Positions 53,487 through 64,000 of a stretch of 64,000 nucleotides of DNA are shown here, in pieces. The position numbers were made by a program, and so were the translations under genes. Source of the DNA: Rhabdochlamydiaceae bacterium (lineage in GTDB: Bacteria; Chlamydiota; Chlamydiia; Chlamydiales; Rhabdochlamydiaceae). Where the stretch lies: positions 160,001 through 224,000 of the forward strand of contig JAJREF010000002.1 in NCBI GenBank assembly GCA_047459655.1, in the 5' to 3' direction. The notes beneath the pieces are model-generated. The model saw only the letters and a list, made by a program, of their open reading frames with translations. It ran no database searches and was not told the DNA's origin. Every line of letters begins with the position of its first letter. Within the stretch, counting starts at the first letter, position 1.

Positions 53487-55138
53487 ATGGAAATAATTAA
53501 ATCAACCGCATTACAGTTTGTTCCAAATAGTGTTAGAGCGCCGATATCAGCATTATTAGACAATTTAACAACATCCCGAATTAAAAAAATTGCTCTATTG
53601 TCCATCTCTTTCTTAATCGTAAGAAAATTGATTGCTGCCAGGAATCACTTTCTAAACTTCCATAGAAATATAATCCCACTTATGCAAAGAGATGGAATGG
53701 CTCTAGCCTCCTTAAGCAAGGAAATGAGAGATCATCCTTATGTAGTATTACAAGCCGTCCGAAATAATGGACTTGCATTTCAATTTGCAAGCGATCGTTT
53801 AAAAAAGACCTCTCTATTGCAGCAGTAGCTGTGGGCAATAACCTTCAAGCTGCTCAATACGTCTCTCCTGAGATATGCTCCATAAACGGTCCCCAAAAAC
53901 TTTCCGTAAGCCGTAGTGAATTGATTAACTTTATCCAAAGCTTAGGATATAAAAGTGATAAAGAAGGCATTTGTTTTGGCCTTGGAATGATGGCCATTCA
54001 AGCTATTTTGTGCGATGACCTCCAAACCTATGCATATAGGCTTAATAGAATAGCGATCCTCATTAATTTATCCAAACAACCGGAAAGTGATCGAAATCTC
54101 ATGCTAAGCTTGGATGAAAAAAATGAGCTTATCCTTGCTGTAGAAAACGATGTTGATTTGCATGCCTTCTTGAATGGCGTTGACCTGCATCACAACAGCG
54201 CTGATTATCCCCATCTTCTATCAGACAGCTACGATGCCCTGGGACACAAGCCACTAGAAAAGCACTTAGCGAGAATTGCTCCTATTATTGCCCCTTGTCA
54301 GCTTCAAGAGGAAGGTGGAATCGCAATAGCAAAGGATTTCACACGTATTTATGATAATACAGATACGTTCGAGCTGTTCCTTAATCAGCTAGAAAACCTA
54401 TTTCAAGAAGACGAACCTTCTGCCATTGGCCTTTTTACTTATAACCATATGCTGGCCATCTCATATAACGGAAAATCCATCAATGGAAAGTCTACTTGGA
54501 TCATTATAGACCACGGATGGGTATGTATTTATTATAAGGAAACGCTTGCAAAATATATTTATGCAGTAACAGCACCAAATTACAACCAAACACCTTGTCG
54601 TCCAATTAGAATAGTCATATTTTCCAATGCATCCGACATCCAACCCTTACGTGCTATCTTAAATTACCGTTATCCTAATCTTCTAGATATCCCTCCACTT
54701 TCTGAGGCACAATTAAAATTAGTCAATGATCCCTTATATCAGCTGCTTATGCTGGACAACGAAGTAGATTTGGGCATGTTTCAGTCTGCGCTACAGCAAG
54801 GCATGGTCTTGGCTGTGCAAAATAAAGATTTTTCTGTTTTTTGGAAATGTTTCATCCGTGATTCACATATTAGAGCAATCGATTTTGTCCGTATTATAAT
54901 AGAAACGGTCGGTATTGCATGCCTGGAGCAGACAGATTTGTCAGGGCAGACTTGCCTTTTAGCAGCTGTAGAAGCCAATAAAATCCCCTTTGTCAAGCTT
55001 TTGCTAAAAGCAGGAGCAAAACACGATCACCAGGACCAGAATGGAAAAACTCCTTTAGAAATTGCTTTAGAAAAACTATCTAGAGCTTGTACAACTACTC
55101 TCTTAGCAACCACTCGATCATCGAAGTCGATGGTTTGA
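53487..55138 (+). CDS. DUF4116-repeat + papain-like (C58-type) Cys-His-Asp domain + ankyrin repeat protein (frameshift near 53805)
   Basis: AVRNNGLAFQFASDRLK repeats; EGICFGL, NHMLAIS and WIIIDH; GQTCLLAAVEANKIPFVKLLLKAGA...GKTPLEIA. Confidence 0.65.
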
Positions 55139-56531
55139 TGGGAGAAGATCTGGTAGGTCTCATGCCCTTTGCCAGCGATGAGGACGATATCACCTGGCTG
55201 AGCACGGCAGATCGCTTTTTGAATAGCTTGCCGCCGGTCAAGCTCAACAATGAAGCGGCTCTTATCTTGAAAGCCTGGTAGAATTTGTTGAATGATTTCA
55301 TAGGGATCTTCTTTCCGAGGATTATCTGTTGTCACAATGACAAAGTCGGAGAGCTTTTCTGCGATATGCGCCATTTTAGGGCGTTTTAGAGGATCCCGAT
55401 TGCCGCCACAGCCAAAAACGGTAATAAGATTGTTTGTTTTACACTCTTGGAGTGTTTCTAAGACATTTTTAGCGCATCATCTGTGTGCGCATAGTCAACA
55501 AAAATATGCACCCCTTTTGCACTCGGCACACGCTCAAGTCTTCCTGGAACTCTTTCAAAAGAACTTAAAATTGAAACAATCTGCTCTAACTGAAATCCCT
55601 GCGATAGCCCCACTCCGACTGCACCGAGAAGATTATACGCATTGAATCTGCCAAAGAGATGGGATGCAAGCGTTGCTTTTACGCCTGCATATTCTATGTC
55701 AAAGAGGATGCCTTGGGGGGTAAAACGAAGGTTAGAAGCTAAAAGATCTGCACCTCTATTAAAACCAAAGGCGATTTTTTGCGATTTGCAGGCTCTTATC
55801 ATTTGTATATGTGCAGGATCGTCAGAGTTAAAAATAGCAAAAGCCTCAGGTGATAGGGACGTGAATAGTTTTGCTTTGGCTTGTGCATACATTTCCATTG
55901 TGTGGTGATAATCGAGATGATCCTGAGTCAAGTTCGTAAATACTGCACAGTCAAAAGCAATTCCTTCGACTCTCCCCTGATCTAGTGCGTGGGAAGAGAC
56001 TTCCATCGAAGCGCTTGCGCAGCCCCCGGCTACCATATCATGAAAGAGCTTCATTAAAGTGATTCTATCAGGCGTTGTGTGAGTTGAAGGGAGGATTGTC
56101 TTTCCAATGACCCATTCGATGCTGCCAATCAAGCCACAGGGCATTTGAAGATGGTCTAAAAGGTATTTTACTAGATATGACGTCGTTGTCTTTCCATTGG
56201 TGCCTGTGATGCCAGTTATACACAATTGATCAGTGGGACAGTGATAAAATTGGTTTAAAAGCTTAAGCTCTATTTCTCGTGGATGGGGATGGATGATCTG
56301 TACGATATTTTCTAAAAAAGGATCGTAGAAGTCTGTTAATATGGCCGATGCGCCAGCAGAAATCGCTTCTTTAATAAACTGAGAGCCGTGCTGAGCAATG
56401 CCCTTTTTGGCAATGAATAAGTGGCCAGGTGCAACTTGCTGTGAGTGAGCAGTAATCCCCTTGACCTCAATCTCTTTTGAACCCTTAACCACTGCACTAG
56501 GAATGTCTTTTAAAAGATATTTGAGCTTCAC
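55027..56531 (-). CDS. murE: UDP-MurNAc-tripeptide synthetase MurE (frameshift at T-run near 55470)
   Basis: GITGTNGKTT, MEVSSH, TNLTQDHLDYH, VDYAHT, DNPR and AGKGHE. Confidence 0.95.
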
Positions 56532-58499
56532 TTATTCCATTCCTCATAGAGCTGTTTTAACTTAGCTGTCTCTTCTTTCCACACTTTTTTATCGGGATCA
56601 TCAGGAGGAACACCCAAATACTTGAGCGTTCTTAGTCCAATCTCACGAAAGGCGATTGAGCAACACCCCCCTCCTAAGTGGTTTTTTCCCACACCTGGTA
56701 CATATTTCCACTCCGGCTCATCGATAACAACCATCAACACAAATTTGGGATCTCCCACAGGAGCAAACCCAATGAGGGTAGAAATGTGATTTTTTTTGAA
56801 TAGACTCCATTGACAACTTTTTCAGAAGAGCCCGTTTTACCGGCAATCGTATAGCCAGGGATTGCAGCTCTTACAACAGATCCTCCTGGTTGAGCAGTGT
56901 AGCGCATTCCTTTGATGACTTCTTCTAAAATGGCTGGCTCAAGAATTTGCTTCCGCTTGGTAATGTCATCATATTTTGTATGATCTACAATAATCTCATC
57001 CTTTCCATCTGGATGCTTTCTTACAATTTTGCGAATTAATGTTGGACGCACATCGTATCCTCCGTTGGCAAAAATACCATACCCTCGCATCATTTGGAGG
57101 CCATTTGCTAGGAGATTATGTCCCATCGCCAGGGAATAAGGTGTTGCCCTTGACCACTCTAAAGTGCCATTGGGGTGCTTTTTTCCAAAGGCAGGAAGGA
57201 GTCCGCTGCTTTCTCCAGGTAGCTCAACCCCTGTTTTCTCTCCAAACCCAAACATCTCTTTGAGCGCTGTTCTATACCACTCATCACCTAGCTGCTCGAT
57301 GATCCTTTGAACAAGTTTTGCCACATACACGTTAGAGGATTTTTGGATGCCCATATACATGTTTGTGTACCGATGTAAACGGAGATCTTTCAGCGGCTTT
57401 CTTCGTCCTGGGAAAGTGCATGTTGCTGTATTAATCTTCTCAGACGGAGAAAAGAGGAGGCTTTCCCTGCGCTTTCAGCACTTCGTTAGCTTTAAAAGCA
57501 ATGGCTACCGTCATGGGTTTAATGATCGATCCTGGCTCATAAGGATCGGAAAGAGCCTTGACTTTGGTGTGTTCTTCTAGATTTTTATCATTGAAATACA
57601 TGCGATAAGAGGCAAGGTTGAATTCAGGATATTGCGCTAAGGCTAAAATTTCCCCTGTTTTAGGCTCCATCATAATAGCCCAGCCTGCTTTGGCATTAGC
57701 AGCGTGCACAGCTTTGGCAATTTCTTCTTCTGCAATTGCCTGTAGAGTGTGATTAATGGTGAGATAGACATCAGCCCCCGGTTCAGGCACTTTGACCACT
57801 TTTCCCGTATCGAGCGCATGACGAGGAGATCTTGTAACAATACGCTTCCCCTCTTTGCCTTGGAGATAAGGGCTCAGAGTCATCTCCAACCCACCTGTAG
57901 GAATGTTTTGGTGTGTTTTAAGGTCTTTATCTTCTCGCAGATCTGCAATACTTGTCCTAAGAGTTTTCCATAGGGGTAAGACCTTTTGTAATCTTGAATA
58001 AAAAACAAAGCATTACGGGGAATTTTTCTAGCTTTGGCATAGGGGCCCCACCACGCTTTGATATCTTCATGTTGCTCTTGACTGAGCCATAAAATCAGTT
58101 TCCGGCTTCTGCTTTTTTTCTCAAGCTGCTCTTTGACTTTAGAAACATCCCTTTCAGCTAAGCCAGTAGAAGATACAATCTTGCGCATGATATCGCCCCT
58201 ACACTCGGGGGGAATCGCAATCGGATCTGCATAAAGATGAAACTTTGGAACATCGACAACAAAAGCTTTAGGACTTTCTGGATGTGCTGCTTGATCGCTG
58301 TATTAGAATAAAAACACCCCTTTTGCAGGTTCTATAACAACCATTTGGTGCTGTCTAAGGGCGGCTTTTCTCCACTTCTCCCCTGGACGATCTGTATCTC
58401 TATAAAATTGCACAATTAGAAGAGCCAAAAGCCCTACAAGAAGAGAAAAACCCACGTAAGGCGCTTACGATCTTGGGAAGCTGGAACAGGATTTTTCAT
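56528..58499 (-). CDS. ftsI: Penicillin-binding protein 3 (several frameshifts)
   Basis: RSYPYG, EPGSIIKP (SXXK), KSSN (SXN) and AGKTG motifs; dcw position. Confidence 0.88.
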
Positions 58500-58509
58500 A
58501 GATAGCGCA

Positions 58510-58822
58510 CTATCTTAGCTCAACAGAAGATTGAATAGCAATCCCTTCTCTTAACATCAGCACATCATTCATCAAGGGGTGCATTAAATGGGAAAACCGC
58601 TGCTCTCTAGCTAGTTCCATTAAATGTTCGGGATTTTCAAAACGTTCGATTTCATATTTGAGCTGTGTGTTTTTCTCCTGCAAAGACTGGAATTCTTTTA
58701 GCAACTTGAGGAATGGCTATTCTCAACTTTGTCAACTCATTTTGTTTATTGACATAGGAGTAGAGAAAGAAGCCTGAACAGAGCACACAGACAAAAAGAT
58801 GAAAAACAAATTTACTTTTCAT
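58510..58822 (-). CDS. ftsL: FtsL-like cell division protein (frameshifted)
   Basis: TM segment followed by coiled coil ending FENPEHLMELA; lies between rsmH and ftsI. Confidence 0.7.
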
Positions 58823-59739
58823 GTTTTTTCAGCAAATCGCATTTTTGCACTGCGCGAGCGTGCATTCATCCGAATTTCGGCAAATGTCGGCACGACAGGT
58901 TTTTTTGTTAATAATTGGAGAACGGTAGTCCCCCATCTTTTTTATTTCTGAAGGAAGCCGCTCTTAAAATGTTTTTTACAATGCGATCTTCTAGACTATG
59001 GAAGCTAATTGCTCCAAGTCTTCCGCCTTGTGAAAGTAATCCAATTGCTTTTGATATCCCTTCTTGGATCGCAGAAAGCTCACGGTTTACAGCAATGCGA
59101 AGCGCTTGAAAAACAAGCGTTGCAGGATGGAGTTTTCCTTTCCCATGAAATCCCAATGCTGTGACTAGAAGATTAGCCAACTGAGTCGTCGTTTCGATAG
59201 GGCTTTTGCGTCTTGCTTCTACGATCGCTTTGGCAGCTTTTTTCGATTGCCTTTCTTCTCCATACTCTTCAATTAAAGAGGCAAGCTCCTTTTCAGAGTA
59301 TTTGTTGACAATCTCTTTAGCCGTCAGATCCCCTTCAGGATTCATTCTCATATCGAGAGGGCCTTCTTTCGAAAAGCTAAAACCTTTAGATCCTTTATTT
59401 AGTTGCATAGACGATACTCCCAGGTCAAAAAAAAACCATCGACCTTTTCTATTTTTTTCTCTTTTACAATCTGATCGAGATCTGCAAAATTGGCGTGCAC
59501 GAACTCAACCTTATCTTTCCATGGTTTCAAGCGCTCCCTAGCGATTTCAATCGCCTCGGGGTCTTGATCACATCCGATATATCTCTCAATTTCCGGATGG
59601 GCCTCTAGTAGAGCTTTGGCATGGCCTCCCGCTCCTAAAGTGCCTTCAAAAAAAACCTTCAGTTTTTGCCCTGAGAAAACTCAAGACACTCTTTTAATAA
59701 GACAGGGATATGCTCACTCTTTTGCTCTGTCACAAACAT
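58819..59739 (-). CDS. rsmH: 16S rRNA m4C1402 methyltransferase (frameshifted)
   Basis: HIPVLL, GTLGAGGH, DLGVSSMQL, PLDMRM, FQALRIAVN, ISFHSLEDRIVK and RSAKMR. Confidence 0.92.
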
Positions 59740-60245
59740 CCTCTTCTTCTAAAAGGGCAAAAGCCTCTTCAGACATTTTTGCCAAGTCACACTCTCTATC
59801 ATCACCATCTAATATAGCTTTCAAATCAGCTTCGTAACGATCAGCTGGCCAAATTTCAATTTTGTTGAGCACACCTGCCACCACGACATCGCTTTTAATA
59901 TCGACAGCTTTTTTCAAAATAGGAGGAAGAACAACCTGCCCAAATTGTCGCAAGTCGTATGGTGCAGCGTTGAGAAGAAAATGGTAAAGAGCTTCTGGTA
60001 TTTACCAATGTGCTGCTTTGATTGAAACTTCTCGATAATCTTTTCGAATGACTGTCTGATCTGCGATAAATCGCAAGGCGGCCCCCTAGCCCTAACGCAA
60101 TCGTAAAGTCTAGAGATCCATTTTCAATGAGGCCAAAGCCTCGCCATCTCTTGCGGAATAACAAATCTGTTCTTCGCATCGATCTTCGCTCTTGTAGATA
60201 CCACTGAAGAAAAACTTTCTGACGACTTTTTCCACCTTTCGCCAC
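59714..60245 (-). CDS. mraZ: Division/cell wall cluster regulator MraZ (heavily frameshifted; start uncertain)
   Basis: KID.KNRFVIP, IALGLGG, and GVLNKIEIW in ORF 59714-59953; upstream of rsmH. Confidence 0.8.
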
Positions 60246-60255
60246 AATTTAACAC
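60232..60255 (-). promoter_or_regulatory. Putative MraZ operator (GTGT-N6-GTGG-N6-GTGG)
   Basis: On the + strand: CCAC at 60232, CCAC at 60242 and ACAC at 60252, a 10-bp period. Confidence 0.6.
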
Positions 60256-60376
60256 CAAAACATAAACCTAGCAACTTTTTTCCAGAAATTACCCCCTATT
60301 TTGATCGAAAAATACCGGGAAAATCAAGCTTCAACACCCTTGGATTAAACGATTTACAAGAGAATACATACGAAAA

Positions 60377-60400
60377 GTGGAATTTGGTGGGGAGCAGCGG
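60377..60400 (+). promoter_or_regulatory. Second, inverted putative MraZ operator (GTGG-N6-GTGG-N6-GCGG)
   Basis: GTGG at 60377, GTGG at 60387 and GCGG at 60397. Confidence 0.5.
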
Positions 60401-60527
60401 AAAAATGACGACCGATTAATCGCCAAAAGATAAAAACTACCCCTATAAAAGCACCCCTGCTATACTGACTACTCTGTACTTCTAAATGCAGGGTTACGTA
60501 TAAGAGAATAAAGGTAGGTTCTCTACT

Positions 60528-60999
60528 ATGTCAGATCCAAACCCGTCTCTGATCTCCCCGTCGATGTTTCTATACGTTGGGCTAACGATCAAAAGCTTTT
60601 AGAAGAAAAAACCATCCGATTATCACAGACTCGAAGTCGATCTCTCAATTTACACAGAAAGATGTCTCTTCTCCTGCCACCGCTTCCCACCTTGACATCT
60701 TAATGGAAATCTCGAGCACACACGCAACGTGGGCTCTTTTTTCGTGCCTCCGGCAGGATTCTTGCGACACAACGCAGAAGGCTTTTCACCTCTCGCGTGA
60801 TCCCTCTTTTTGATTAGAGAGGACCTCATAGATGATAAAATCCAACGCATCACTTCCGTGACAGATCAAGAGGAAGAAGAGGGCCACTCTCAGAAAAAGC
60901 AAGACAAAGAAGCCTAATTAAAATGTTAAACAGCTGATCACTATAAATAAAAATTTGCTTTTATATTATGAGTCGGCGTAATCAGTATGAGAAGGATAG
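60528..60999 (+). CDS. Chlamydial CT273-like (DUF5399) protein, heavily fragmented
   Basis: Fragments DVSIRWANDQ, TWALF..PPAGF and acidic DQEEEE; lies before the TPR gene and dnaA. Confidence 0.5.
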
Positions 61000-61002
61000 A
61001 TT

Positions 61003-61410
61003 ATGGCTGAGACCAAATTTAGGAACGAGATTTTAGGATGGGTACAGTTGATCAGATCGATGAGCTTACGCTTGCTGGGGTTTTCTTACGCTCAAACAAG
61101 GAAAGTACGACGTCTGCAACACCGATCTTTGAAGCTCTTGTGCCCCCTGCCCGAAGATAGCGCATACGATTTACAAACACTAGGCGCCCTCTACCTGGAA
61201 AACGGGGCAAAATCTCCAAAGCCCTTCAATACAATTGAGCAAGCCCTAAAAATAGACCCCTCTCACGACACAACTCTTCTCAACCGCACTAAAGTGCTCT
61301 TTGCTCTTGGATACAAAAGACAAGCTCTTGCACAAGCAAAAGCTCTCGAGCTTCTCTCCAATCAGGATGTTGCAAACCAAGCAAAAGCCCTTCTGCTTGC
61401 GCATAGCTAG
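61003..61410 (+). CDS. TPR protein (CT274-like, type III chaperone-like), error-rich
   Basis: AYDLQTLGALYLE...ALKIDPSH..TLLNRTKVLFALGY. Confidence 0.7.
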   Translation: MAETKFRNEILGWVQLIRSMSLRLLGFSYAQTRKVRRLQHRSLKLLCPLPEDSAYDLQTLGALYLENGAKSPKPFNTIEQALKIDPSHDTTLLNRTKVLFALGYKRQALAQAKALELLSNQDVANQAKALLLAHS

Positions 61411-61459
61411 TAATTATTGCTGGCTATTATTAATATCTTAGAAAAAAAGAATTGGAGTT

Positions 61460-62266
61460 ATGTCAAAAAAAATTCTTATGATTGCAGGGCCTAATGGGGC
61501 TGGCAAAACAACGCTTACTCTTGACTTACTTTCTAGAGAGTCTGGGTTATATGAATTCATCAATGCTGATGAAATAGCCAGAGGGCTTGCCCTCAAAATC
61601 CCGAAAGCATGGCTCTCACAGCTGGTAAGTTAATGATTAGTAGACTTAAAACGCTCGTAGATACCGATAAAAGTTTTTGCGTTTGAAAAACTTAACCAGC
61701 ACCGAAAAAAAAATTATTTAGATCACTTAAAAAATGCAAAATCAAAGGGGTATGAGATTCTTCTAGTTTTTCTATGGCTGGATGATCCCGAACAAGCCAT
61801 AAAAAGAGTAGCTGAAAGAGTCAAACAAGGAGGGCACAAGATGTCCCTGAAAAAGTGATTACTAGGCGTTATTATGCCGGCCTTTCAGAAACTTCCTTAC
61901 CCACTATTTACCCTGGCTGATATAGCGCTTATATTGAATAATTCCTCTAAAAATTCGACAGGTAATTCAGGAGCCTCTGGACAAGTGCTTTGTCGGAGAT
62001 TGTTGATCAGTTTTTCGAAGACGACGATTTTGGAGAGCGCAGCTAACACTGCAGAATGTTAGCGAGTTGGGAAAATCTGAGTATCGCGAAAATTGGCAAC
62101 AATTAGGCAAATGACTTGTCCAGAGGTTCCTTTAGTGGCTAAAAAAATCAAAGATGGCGATATAGAAATAATAAATAAAAAAATTTGGGAAAAAATGAAT
62201 AAGGTGGCTTATGAAAATGATCTTATAAAAATGGTAATACGGGCTAATCAAAAAAGTTTCGAATAG
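61460..62266 (+). CDS. Zeta-toxin-like P-loop ATPase, frameshifted and interrupted by a family A MITE
   Basis: MSKKILMIAGPNGAGKTT, FINADEIARGL, FLWLDDPEQAIKRVAERVKQGGH, RRYYAG and ILNNS. Confidence 0.75.
61970..62130 (+). mobile_element. MITE family A, copy 5 (intragenic)
   Basis: GGAGCCTCTGGACAAGT...ACTTGTCCAGAGGTTCC with flanks TTCA/TTTA. Confidence 0.85.
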
Positions 62267-62406
62267 CATTTGAAACGGCTGTCAAAACTGGAACAGCTCT
62301 TGTTTTCATGGAAAATGGGAAGCTTGTTAAGATCAAACTGCCCTACCGCTATGAGCTGGTCCCTATTAAAAAGTCAAGAACAGAGAAATTCGAATCCTCG
62401 CGTTAA
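62211..62406 (+). CDS. Small partner ORF of the zeta-like ATPase (frameshifted)
   Basis: Frame [34 protein letters not shown]...*, resembling the short genes that follow such ATPases. Confidence 0.45.
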
Positions 62407-62416
62407 TTACTCAAAC

Positions 62417-63766
62417 ATGCTACAACAGAGGATATGCTCACGAAAACTAATACAGATGTATGGAGAGAGTTTCTTTCATTCAGTCCAAGATAAATGCTCT
62501 GCATCGGAATTTCAGAATTGGCTAGCTCCTATTCAAGTCATTGAGGGAGAAGGACTCATTTTAGAAGTCCCCAATATCTTTGTCCAAGAGTACCTCCTTG
62601 GCAATTATAAAAAAGATCTTGCTGCTTTTGTTCCTACTACATCAAGTGGCGAACTTGCGCTGCAGTTTGTAATCTCAGAAGAAAAAAAAGGCTCTGTTCC
62701 ACTGATTACTACACCTCCTAAAGAAGTAGAAAATCAAGACACCTCCCACCTCAAACTCAATCCTTACTATCTCTTTGAAAATTTCATCGAAGGCCCCTCT
62801 AATCAGTTTGTGAAATCAGCTGCGATGGGTGTTGCTGCAAGACCAGGTAGATCTTACAATCCTCTCTTTATTCATGGAGGTGTAGGCCTTGGGAAAACAC
62901 ATCTCTTACATGCGATTGCCCACCACATTAAACAGCATAATAAAAAACTCAAGATCCAATGCATCACCACAGAAGGCTTTATCAATGATATCATCGACCA
63001 TCTGAAAACCAAGTCTATGGACCGGATGAAACGTTTCTATCGCTCTTTGGATGTTCTTCTCGTCGATGATATTCAATTCTTGCAGAGCAGGCTAAACTTC
63101 GAAGAGGAACTGTGCAACACGTTTGAGAGCTTAATCAACGACAACAAACAAATTGTCATTACAAGTGATAAAGCCCCTTCACAACTAAAGCTACTCTGAG
63201 CGTTTAGTGGCCCGCATGGAGTGGGGACTTGTGGCTAACGTCGGTATTCCTGATTTAGAAACAAGGGTTGCTATCTTGCAACATAAAGCAGAACAAAAAG
63301 GGCTCCGCATGCCCAGCAAAGTCGCCTTTTATCGCTGATCATATCTACAATAATGTGAGGCAGCTTGAAGGCGCTATTAACCGCTTAACGGCTTACTCAC
63401 GCCTTTTAAACAAAGAAGTGACAGAGGAAATTGCTGAAACAACCCTCGGTGAACTTTTACAGAATGCCCCTCAAAAAGGATCTCTGTCAGAAAACATCCT
63501 CAAGTGTGTAGCTTCCCTTTTCCAAGTGCGTATTTCCTGATCTGCGCGGGACATCCCGAGTCAAAGAAGTCGCCTTCCCCCGCCAAGTTGCCATGTATCT
63601 TGCTAAAGAACTCATCAACGAATCCCTCAATAAACTTGCCTCCTCTTTTGGAGGGAAAACACACTCAACGCTAATCCATGCTTGGAAGAAAATTCAAGAA
63701 CAAGTAGAAAAGGATGAAATACTAAAACGGCAAATTCAGATGGCGCGCCGCAACCTTGAGGAGTAA
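62417..63766 (+). CDS. dnaA: Chromosomal replication initiator DnaA (frameshifted)
   Basis: [41 protein letters not shown] and HSTLIHA. Confidence 0.95.
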
Positions 63767-63768
63767 TC

Positions 63769-64000
63769 ATGTTTAAATCTGCTAAAGCGTTACTAGGGCT
63801 AAGAACTCACTCTCCCCTTTCTTCCGAAGAGGAGTCCTTTCTCCTATGTATGAGCCTCCCCACTCCCTCCCCTTCATTAGAAGCCGAAGAACCTGAGACA
63901 GTCATTGGAGAGCACGTCACCATCAAAGGAACCATCTCTTTTGAGCATCTATTAAGAGTCGATGGCACCTTCGAAGGAGAGTTAGAATCTCAAGGCAATC
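63769..64000 (+). CDS. Bactofilin (polymer-forming cytoskeletal protein), runs off the window
   Basis: EEPETVIGEHVTIKGTISFEHLLRVDGTFEGEL. Confidence 0.8.
   Translation, partial: MFKSAKALLGLRTHSPLSSEEESFLLCMSLPTPSPSLEAEEPETVIGEHVTIKGTISFEHLLRVDGTFEGELESQGN

Noticed and set aside
62270..62416. N-terminal extension of DnaA
   Set aside because: It is an alternative frame of the small upstream ORF. DnaA-like sequence begins near 62417.
60250..62420. oriC near dnaA
   Set aside because: I saw no cluster of TTATCCACA-like DnaA boxes.

Overview
The window comes from an environmental Chlamydiota (Chlamydiae-like) chromosome, judged by protein families and gene order: rpsN-rpmJ / rpmH-rnpA-uvrD, pcnB-lpxB-yceD-rpmF-plsX, rng-plsB-ptr, hemC-radA-rnc, dapL, hemG/hemF, gnd, amiA, the mraZ-rsmH-ftsL-ftsI-murE dcw cluster, dnaA and bactofilin. 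Many essential genes are split by single-base indels, mostly in homopolymers and most densely after about 57 kb. This points to an unpolished long-read assembly rather than real pseudogenes, so split genes are reported as single CDS with approximate ends. Accessory content: (1) a translationally coupled array of at least four GT4 glycosyltransferases (three with a visible N-terminal anchor), two EDPR/EKNW beta-propeller proteins and a SAM methyltransferase (1-8022); (2) single effector-like genes placed between core genes: a TM+RING protein, a roughly 3,100-aa SF2/SecA-like P-loop giant, a BTB+Sel1 protein, an inverse autotransporter, and a DUF4116 + Cys-His-Asp + ankyrin protein; (3) a 1.8-kb island flanked by a 357-bp direct repeat of the murE 3' end; (4) two or three families of roughly 162-bp palindromic MITEs that nest in one another. 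Family A has five copies and is an open reading frame end to end; family B has two copies and Rickettsia-RPE-like ends. No transposase, rRNA, tRNA or CRISPR array was recognised. All calls come from reading the sequence; no database searches were run.
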